Source: Candidatus Paracaedimonas acanthamoebae
GTDB lineage: Bacteria > Pseudomonadota > Alphaproteobacteria > Caedimonadales > Caedimonadaceae
Assembly (NCBI GenBank): GCA_000743035.1
Contig: CP008936.1
Location: 720,001 to 752,000, forward strand
Length of the DNA stretch: 32,000 bases
Reading direction: 5' to 3'
The position numbers were made by a program, and so were the translations under genes. Position 1 is the first letter of the stretch; each line of letters begins with the position of its first letter. The notes under the pieces were generated by a model that made no database searches, was not told the origin of the DNA, and worked only from the letters and a program-made list of their open reading frames with translations. Below are positions 9,555 to 16,026 of this stretch, piece after piece.

Positions 9555-9914
9555 TCAAGGCTTAAATTTTACATTATTTTTTAATATCTCAAAAATTGTA
9601 CCAAAATAATATTTGGGATTTTGTTCCTGCTGTTGTTTATAGGTATTTATTAATTTGCTTATTCTTTTTTCAAGAGTTTTATAATTTTTAAAATCAGTTT
9701 TATATTTTTCAAAAAATATCGCTAATTCAGTTGGATCTGGATAATCATTATGCTCATTATCATCCTTTATTTTGTTTAACCTTTTTGCAGGAGTTAGTAT
9801 TCTAGAAAACTTATCATCTTCTTTTTCTTCTTGGCTAGTAGCTAAACAGAAATTTTGAGACGCCAGTATAAAAATTAAAAAGAAACCGAAAGTAGGTACA
9901 TTTAATAAACTCAT
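9555..9914 (-). CDS. Small exported hypothetical protein
   Basis: AGGAGA lies 8 nt upstream of the internal ATG at 9912-9914, which is preferred to the track start at 9944. The leader is MSLLNVPTFGFFLIFILASQNFCLATSQEEKEDD. The rest is lysine-rich and no family is recognised. Confidence 0.55.
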   Translation of the reverse strand: MSLLNVPTFGFFLIFILASQNFCLATSQEEKEDDKFSRILTPAKRLNKIKDDNEHNDYPDPTELAIFFEKYKTDFKNYKTLEKRISKLINTYKQQQEQNPKYYFGTIFEILKNNVKFKP

Positions 9915-10119
9915 AAACTGTTTCTCCTGTAAATTATTAATCAATCAAGCATTGGTATTCTCAAAGCATTTATTAAAAATATCCTTTTAGGAACCAATTT
10001 TTTCTTTTATGCTTATAAGGAAACCTATCGTTATCATTCAATTCTAAAAAATGCTTAGCTAATTTTATCTTAAAAAAATATATAAAGAAATATGTAGTAT
10101 TTTTAATATAGATAAGGCG

Positions 10120-10220
10120 ATCCTAATGGTATGACCAAAGCGCCATTTAGAATCATTCATCCCATCATTTACTACTTTCTATAGACCTTGGATGAATCTA
10201 TCAATTTTTGCAACACGGCC
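10120..10220 (-). mobile_element. Solo end of a second IS6-family copy (IR plus first ~15 transposase codons)
   Basis: 10205-10220 TTTTTGCAACACGGCC matches 6566-6581 TTTTTGCAACAGCGCC. The adjacent ~60 bp are also similar (GGATGAATCTATCAA vs GAACGAATCCTCAAC). The minus-strand ATG gives MNDSKWRF... versus MKDFKWRHF... in the full copy. Homology is lost below ~10120. Confidence 0.5.
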
Positions 10221-10413
10221 CCTGGAATTGTGTGAGTTTTTCGTTCCATGGTTTTGTGCCTGATTTTCAAGATGCCTGCTCACTAGCCTTTTCATAATCT
10301 ATTGCAATACTTTCTCATTTAATAAATATTCTATTGAGAATAAGTAAGTTTGACTTTAAGGTAATTATGGGATAACGACTTGCTGTTAAATAATTTATAA
10401 TAAAAGGACACTC

Positions 10414-11880
10414 ATGCAATTCTTACGCCTTCTTTCTTTTGCATTGATGCTCGCTGCTCAAGGCATCATGCAGAATCCTTGCCTCGCCTCAGCTGATGAA
10501 GAAGAAACTGAACCTGCGAAGAAACGCCAAAGAAGAACCCGCGCTCCTTTACTTAAAGAGCTTTTGTTAGAAAGCCAGGAAGAGAAAAGTTTGCCTGATG
10601 AAGTATGGATGCATATTTTTGATTCATTAAGCTTTCGTGACCTTGGTAGAGTACGACAAGTATGCCGCCATTGGAATGCTCTTGGCCAAGATGAGTGGCT
10701 TTCTCTTCCTAAACAGATTGAAATTAAGCCTTTATCCATTTTATGGGAAAAGCTAGAAGGCGCCTCTGATAAGCACTATCAACAGTTTTTTTCTTTTCCG
10801 CACGCTCTTGAGAAAGTCTGCGCAGATCCAATTGTTCTTGAAGAAATACTTCAAACCCCTTCTTTCCTCCCTCTCTTCTTTCAAAGTAAGATTACAGCAG
10901 CAAGAATCTATGAAGCTTTATCGAGAGAGACATTAGGAGCTAAGCAACAAACAGCCTTAGAAGCTTATGCTGGAGTAGCTCCTATCTTCCCACCTGATAA
11001 AAGCTTGTTCTCCCAAGACTTTATAACCTTTGCACAAGCGCATGCCGCTCGGTATAAAGCCCTTTATCTGTTATCCTTATTTAAATTTCCAGATAGAAAC
11101 CCTATAATAGAATTATTCAGGCGAGCTAATAACGAGGTTATTGCAGAAGATAATTTTGCAATAAAGGATGAAGAGGAGGCGATCCTTCTTCCTAGAGCAC
11201 TGACCCACTTTCCTAATATTCCGCATGAAGAAGCATTCAATATTGCAGAGTTTTGCCATTCATGGGCTGAGAAAGCATCTAAGGATTTAAAAAGTGAATG
11301 GCTAAACTTGGCAATGATGTTCTGCCAAGAATCGGCCAGGCAAGGCGATAGGGACGCACTCTTCAAACTTAGTCTCTTCTTAGATGAATGTTATCAATTT
11401 AAAGAGGCAGAAATTATTTGGCTTCATCTTGCCAATCACGGAGATAAAGAGGCTCAATGTAATTTAGGGATACACTACGAAGCTCAAGGCGAGGAGGATA
11501 AAGCAGAGTTCTATTACCGCCAAGCTGCAGACCAAGGAAATATAGAAGCACAAATTTGTCTGGGGAGTCTTTTGGAACGCAAAGGAAACCCTGAAGAAGC
11601 TGAAAGCCACTATCGCTCTGCAGCTGAACAAGGAGATGCACTCGCCCAAAATAATCTAGGTCTCTTATTAGAAAAGAAGAATGACTTTGTCGGGGCCTTC
11701 AACAACTATGGAATAGCTGTAAATCAAGGGATTAATTTTGCTTGCCTCAATCTAGCTTATCTTCTTGAGCAACATCCTGAGGTTTTCTCAGGCTCCCAAG
11801 CAGAGAGAATCAACAAGATTATGCAACTTCGAAAACAAGGGGAAGAAAAATTTGAGGAATGGTCCCAAGCTCGAAGATAA
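10414..11880 (+). CDS. Exported F-box domain / Sel1-like repeat (SLR) protein, eukaryote-like effector candidate
   Basis: 488 aa. The leader is MQFLRLLSFALMLAAQGIMQNPCLASADEEE. The F-box consensus lies at aa 60-96 (LPDEVWMHIFDSLSFRDLGRVRQVCRHWNAL; nt 10591-10701). At least three or four Sel1 repeats lie at aa ~305-452 (GDKEAQCNLGIHYEAQG, AADQGNIEAQICLGSLLERKG, AAEQGDALAQNNLGLLLEKK). Confidence 0.88.
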   Translation: MQFLRLLSFALMLAAQGIMQNPCLASADEEETEPAKKRQRRTRAPLLKELLLESQEEKSLPDEVWMHIFDSLSFRDLGRVRQVCRHWNALGQDEWLSLPKQIEIKPLSILWEKLEGASDKHYQQFFSFPHALEKVCADPIVLEEILQTPSFLPLFFQSKITAARIYEALSRETLGAKQQTALEAYAGVAPIFPPDKSLFSQDFITFAQAHAARYKALYLLSLFKFPDRNPIIELFRRANNEVIAEDNFAIKDEEEAILLPRALTHFPNIPHEEAFNIAEFCHSWAEKASKDLKSEWLNLAMMFCQESARQGDRDALFKLSLFLDECYQFKEAEIIWLHLANHGDKEAQCNLGIHYEAQGEEDKAEFYYRQAADQGNIEAQICLGSLLERKGNPEEAESHYRSAAEQGDALAQNNLGLLLEKKNDFVGAFNNYGIAVNQGINFACLNLAYLLEQHPEVFSGSQAERINKIMQLRKQGEEKFEEWSQARR

Positions 11881-12383
11881 AAATTTTCCTCTAGATTTCA
11901 TGAGGTGATGGGAAGTGTTACAAATTTGAGCTAAAGGAGTAGGCTTGAAGGTATAAATAACCTTGTATGCTTAGGATGAAACCTTAAGACTTTCACTATT
12001 GACAATTTTTGCCTATGATTTCCTTTTGAAGCATGTTTTTAAGGTCGTACTTTTTACACGAATGGAGTTGATCCCCTAAGTAAGTCGCCTTTAGAGCTAA
12101 CCAAACAGATACATTAAATGTACTCACATTTATAATTTCCTTTGAATAATCTGCTTTTATAAGATTTTATAGGCGCTTAAAGGTGTTTTTGATTATAAAT
12201 TATAAGGAATACTCATGAAAATACTATCGTCTCTTGAATTTTTTGATAATTCATTTATGAATAGATGATAAAGAATAATATCTTTAAAATAATATTAGAA
12301 CTATACTTGTATGTCTGATTAAGCCCGACCATTCATTAATAGTCATAAGAAGATTTATAAAATGCAAGAGATAAAAACTTTAA

Positions 12384-13091
12384 ATGAAGCCCTTTAAGAT
12401 CATCTTTACTTTTATCAGCCTATGGGGCCAGCATCATCTTGGATATGCCACAGAAGATTCTCCTCTTCCAGCTGGAAGAATGCCTTCTATAGCGCTTATT
12501 CCGCAAGCTCAAGAGTCAGACATTGCGCGTTTTCTAACGCGTAAAGGTGTGCAAACAGGGCCGAGTGGCAGTGGTACAAGCACCCCTCCTCCTAGAACCA
12601 TCCCTGAGCTTTCAATATCTGAACCTTCTGAAGAGCAAACTCCCCCTCAAGAAGGAAAGAAATCAAGACGCAAGAAAAAGAAAGGATCAAAAAAACGCCA
12701 CGGCGAGCTTGCTCCTTTAGAAGATCCTGCCAACAATTTTTACATGCCCAAGGGAAATTTTTATACTCCAGAAAGAAAGACCTTACATAAAGCACAAGGG
12801 TTACAAGAAGTTGGCGGTATCATTACTATAACAGAGGGAGAGCAACCTGATTTACCTTCAGTTAATTTTATTCCTTCTACAAATAGCTTCCTTGAAAAGG
12901 CACAAGATGTTAAGGGGATTTTACCCCATAAGAAAAAAAGAGGCAAAAAAGAGATACCAGATCCTTCTTCAGCTGATTATTATAAGTCTTTGAGAAAACA
13001 AAATTTCCCTGTATCTGAGGAATTAATGAGGATTAATGGCAATACTGTCCCCGTGCCTGGCAAGATACTTACGACAAATGATAAGCTTTAA
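12384..13091 (+). CDS. Exported hypothetical protein with two Lys/Arg clusters
   Basis: 235 aa with an N-terminal hydrophobic leader and a Pro/Ser/Thr-rich segment. Basic clusters are KKSRRKKKKGSKKRH (nt 12657-12698) and HKKKRGKK (nt 12927-12950). No family recognised. Confidence 0.55.
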   Translation: MKPFKIIFTFISLWGQHHLGYATEDSPLPAGRMPSIALIPQAQESDIARFLTRKGVQTGPSGSGTSTPPPRTIPELSISEPSEEQTPPQEGKKSRRKKKKGSKKRHGELAPLEDPANNFYMPKGNFYTPERKTLHKAQGLQEVGGIITITEGEQPDLPSVNFIPSTNSFLEKAQDVKGILPHKKKRGKKEIPDPSSADYYKSLRKQNFPVSEELMRINGNTVPVPGKILTTNDKL

Positions 13092-13373
13092 AAAAGAGGA
13101 GCTAAGCACTCTTACTAAAAACTGCATTAGAAAAGCAAAATAATTATTTTTTAGCAGCCTAAGTGCGACAACATTTTCCTTTATTTAATATAATTTTATT
13201 GATGCTTTTTATGTAAAAAAACATAGATAAGAAAAGATAATGCTTTTAATAAGCTTCTCCTTCCTCTCAGTTATGCGGGTATATAAGCCCTTGCAGTGAA
13301 GACAAGTAATCTCTACTCTATAATAGCTTTTTAAATTTATAAGGCTTTAACTTCTTGGAAGGAGACAAACCAC

Positions 13374-13871
13374 ATGCGTACTTCAATTAATGTTTTAATA
13401 TCATCGGTTGCTCTAATGACTGTAACTTCTACACAGATTCTAGCAAGAATACTTCCAGAAAAAGACGACCAAGCAAGTAGACGAATTATTAATTACAAAG
13501 TTGAGTCCTTAGACCAAGGATATAGAGTTACTGAAGATTATATGACAGGAAGCAGAAGAACTGTAACGGTTGTGCCTGGCTTACTCTCTAAAGATCGCAC
13601 CGTTCATCGCGACCAAAGCGAATCAACTTATCTTATTGGGGCAATGTATTTACCTGTAAAGCCTCTTTCTAAAGAAGCCCGTGAAGAGCAGGATGAGCTT
13701 CTAATCAAGAAAGTCCACCAAAAAAGAAGATTGCAAAAATGGTTAGGACACGCCCGCGAATTCAAGCGCACAGGAAAAATGCCTTCTAAAAATAAAAGCC
13801 TTCTACTCATTCCTTCTCATGATGGGCTCGACAGCCAAGAGAGTGATATGTCGGTTGATTGGGGTCTATAA
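13374..13871 (+). CDS. Exported hypothetical protein
   Basis: 165 aa. GGAGAC lies upstream of the ATG. The leader is MRTSINVLISSVALMTVTSTQILA. No family recognised. Confidence 0.5.
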   Translation: MRTSINVLISSVALMTVTSTQILARILPEKDDQASRRIINYKVESLDQGYRVTEDYMTGSRRTVTVVPGLLSKDRTVHRDQSESTYLIGAMYLPVKPLSKEAREEQDELLIKKVHQKRRLQKWLGHAREFKRTGKMPSKNKSLLLIPSHDGLDSQESDMSVDWGL

Positions 13872-13939
13872 ATAAAGCAAGGGTTCTCTAGTATTAAATC
13901 AGGAAGAAATATGCCATAATAAAAGCTGGGCTTAATAAT

Positions 13940-14188
13940 ATGCTTGATTATGTTTGTAATGAGAGTCCACAAGCAGCCCATAAACTGAATGAAGAAATTC
14001 AGACCAAAATAGAGATGCTTTCAGACTTCCCTTACGCTGGAAGAGTTGGAAAGGTATATAGTACAAGAGAATTAATACTTTCAGATTTTAAATACACCGT
14101 GGTATACCGCATACATAATAAGAATATTCAGATCTTGAGATTACTGCATGGAGCCCATGCAGTGGACGTAAAACAAACTTTTGTTTAA
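13940..14188 (+). pseudogene. RelE/ParE-family toxin, N-terminally truncated, with no antitoxin gene
   Basis: The 82-aa ORF has a ParE-like core (SPQAAHKLNEEIQTKIEMLSDFPYAGRVGKVYSTRELILSDFKYTVVYRIHNKNIQILRLLHGAHAV). In-frame codons 13898-13939 still read IRKKYAIIKAGLNN, a ParE-like N-terminus. They start directly after a TAA with ATC, not ATG. Only 68 bp separate it from the preceding gene. Confidence 0.65.
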
Positions 14189-14421
14189 CTCTGATCATCC
14201 TGCTCGTTTTGAGGATTTGTAAAAGTCAGAGTTATTTCTGTTGAGTTATTCACTTTGCCTACAAGTAAACTTCTACAACCTTAATTTAGGCAATTACGAC
14301 TTTTTCAGAGTGCTCATATGTTTTCATATACCCCCCTTTCCTACCCTGAATCATTTTTCTCACCAGTTTAGACTGATCTGTGTAATAAAAGACTTAAGTC
14401 TCAGATGATAGAGTTTGTTCA

Positions 14422-14874
14422 TTGGGGATAGAAAATGCTTATTATCAGAGAACCAATAGTCATGGTACTGGTAGAATAGAATTATGTAGTACCGTCAATG
14501 ATTTATCCCCTCTTTCGACTGCAAGATTTTTTGATATTGTCTCTCATGAAACAGGTCATAGCATTCTTGATGCTTTAAGAGCATACTTTTATGGTCATGA
14601 CTCACTTTCACCTCTTGCAGCATTCCATGAAGCTTTTGGAGATCTTTCAACATTTTTTGCTTCTGTAAGACTTGCAAAAATCCTTGGGCATAATGATCAA
14701 GTTGTGACTTTATTAAGGAATCCAAGCATTAGTATTAAGTTAATAAATTCTGCCGTAACAAATCAATTAGCTCAGACAACAACCTCATTGCAAAGTTGCA
14801 TGATTAAACAGTCTGGTACTACTCTTTTGCCTAATTTGAGTAGGTTAAGTTTAAATCCCAATAATTACACTTAA
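14422..14874 (+). pseudogene. Fragment of a thermolysin-like (gluzincin) zinc metalloprotease
   Basis: The 150-codon frame (TTG start in the track; open from 14398) contains NAYY, the HEXXH motif (VSHETGHSILD) and a downstream HEAFGD Glu-ligand motif 24 residues after the second His. It lacks the N-terminal domain and any leader and is far shorter than family members. Confidence 0.55.
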
Positions 14875-14885
14875 ACAGATTCATA

Positions 14886-14914
14886 TTATCTAGGGTTCTA
14901 AGAACCCTAGATAA
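14886..14914. terminator. Perfect 29-bp palindrome between convergent genes (candidate bidirectional terminator or protein-binding dyad)
   Basis: TTATCTAGGGTTCT-A-AGAACCCTAGATAA, with 14-bp arms centred on A14900. It lies 12 bp after the 14874 stop and 86 bp after the 15000 stop of the minus-strand Nudix gene. There is no clean U-run on either side. Confidence 0.4.
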
Positions 14915-14999
14915 ATATTTCAAAGGATTATTTGTTGCAAAGCAGTGTTGCATGATTAAAAGCAATTGCAACAGATTTTCCACCTTTGCAAGTGATTTA

Positions 15000-15512
15000 T
15001 TAGAGGCTATGAAATATCTTACGTAAAGTAGTAAGCATGGTTGGATACCTAAAGTTATCTTCTGTAAGTTCATCTATGTGAAGAAACTTTACCTTACTTA
15101 TTTCTTGTTTGGATGAGTTCAGGATAGGCAGCGGAGAATCAACATTAATTTCGTCTAATAACATTCCCGCATACACATGGAAGAATGCCTTATTATAATT
15201 ATTTTCAGGGATTTTCGCCAAGAGATTTCCAATTTTAATCTTTATTCCTGTTTCTTCATAAGCCTCTCTGGCAGCCGTTTCTCTTGGAGTCTCACATTCC
15301 TTGGGTGCCCCAGAAGGAATATCCCATTTATTGTTTTTCTTCAAGCAGACCATAAGAATATATGAGCCCTTTTTTACAATACATCCAGCATTTGCTTGAT
15401 ATCGCTCATTATTACAAGTCATTCTATCCTTATATATTATTCTATGCTGGCATCCACAGAGATACAACAGCAGTAAGCTAGTTACTAACGTCATATTTTT
15501 TGAGCGGCCCAT
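15000..15512 (-). CDS. Nudix hydrolase with lipoprotein-type signal peptide
   Basis: There is a perfect Nudix box GX5EX7REUXEEXGU at aa 68-90 (GAPKECETPRETAAREAYEETGI; nt 15243-15311). The N-terminus MGRSKNMTLVTSLLLLYLCGCQ has a charged n-region, a hydrophobic core and an L-C-G-C lipobox-like site. Confidence 0.85.
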   Translation of the reverse strand: MGRSKNMTLVTSLLLLYLCGCQHRIIYKDRMTCNNERYQANAGCIVKKGSYILMVCLKKNNKWDIPSGAPKECETPRETAAREAYEETGIKIKIGNLLAKIPENNYNKAFFHVYAGMLLDEINVDSPLPILNSSKQEISKVKFLHIDELTEDNFRYPTMLTTLRKIFHSL

Positions 15513-16026
15513 TATTGAAATCCTTCTTTTACTTTGTAGTATACAATATCTGTCGCTTTTATCCTTTGAATACTTTTAGACGAAGCAGATTTAGGTATTA
15601 TTGATTTCTTTAGAAGAAATATACTAATCATTTAACTGTTATTGGATTAATGGCTCATTAAACGTTCGTTTGTTGAGGCAAACAATTAAAGATGTGCATT
15701 AATTAACTTTTAATAAATGAGATATGCATTGTATTAGAGATGATAGAAACTGCTCATACTTTCGAGGAGAAAAGCCCAATGAAGTAGACAAGAAATTATC
15801 AGGTGCTACTTCTCAATATAATTTGATTAAATAGAATCAGCCTTACACTGACATGACTGAAGAGAAAGAATTACATATAGGACATTGTTGGTAATATAAA
15901 TGGATTATCATTTGTAACTGGGTTCCATTAATGACTAATGATTTCGTAAGAGGAACCCATAGTTGTAAGTAGTATAAGCTAATTTTAGTAAATTTATATC
16001 CTTGCTGATTTTATTCTTATTAATTT

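Noticed and set aside
10458-11649. Four minus-strand ORFs (10458-10739, 11064-11366, 11414-11641, 11464-11649) inside the F-box/Sel1 gene.
   Set aside because: They are antisense shadows of a gene with strong domain evidence.
14495-15073. Minus-strand ORFs 14495-14725 and 14831-15073.
   Set aside because: The first is antisense to the metalloprotease fragment. The second spans the palindrome and overlaps the 3' end of the Nudix gene. Neither has motifs.
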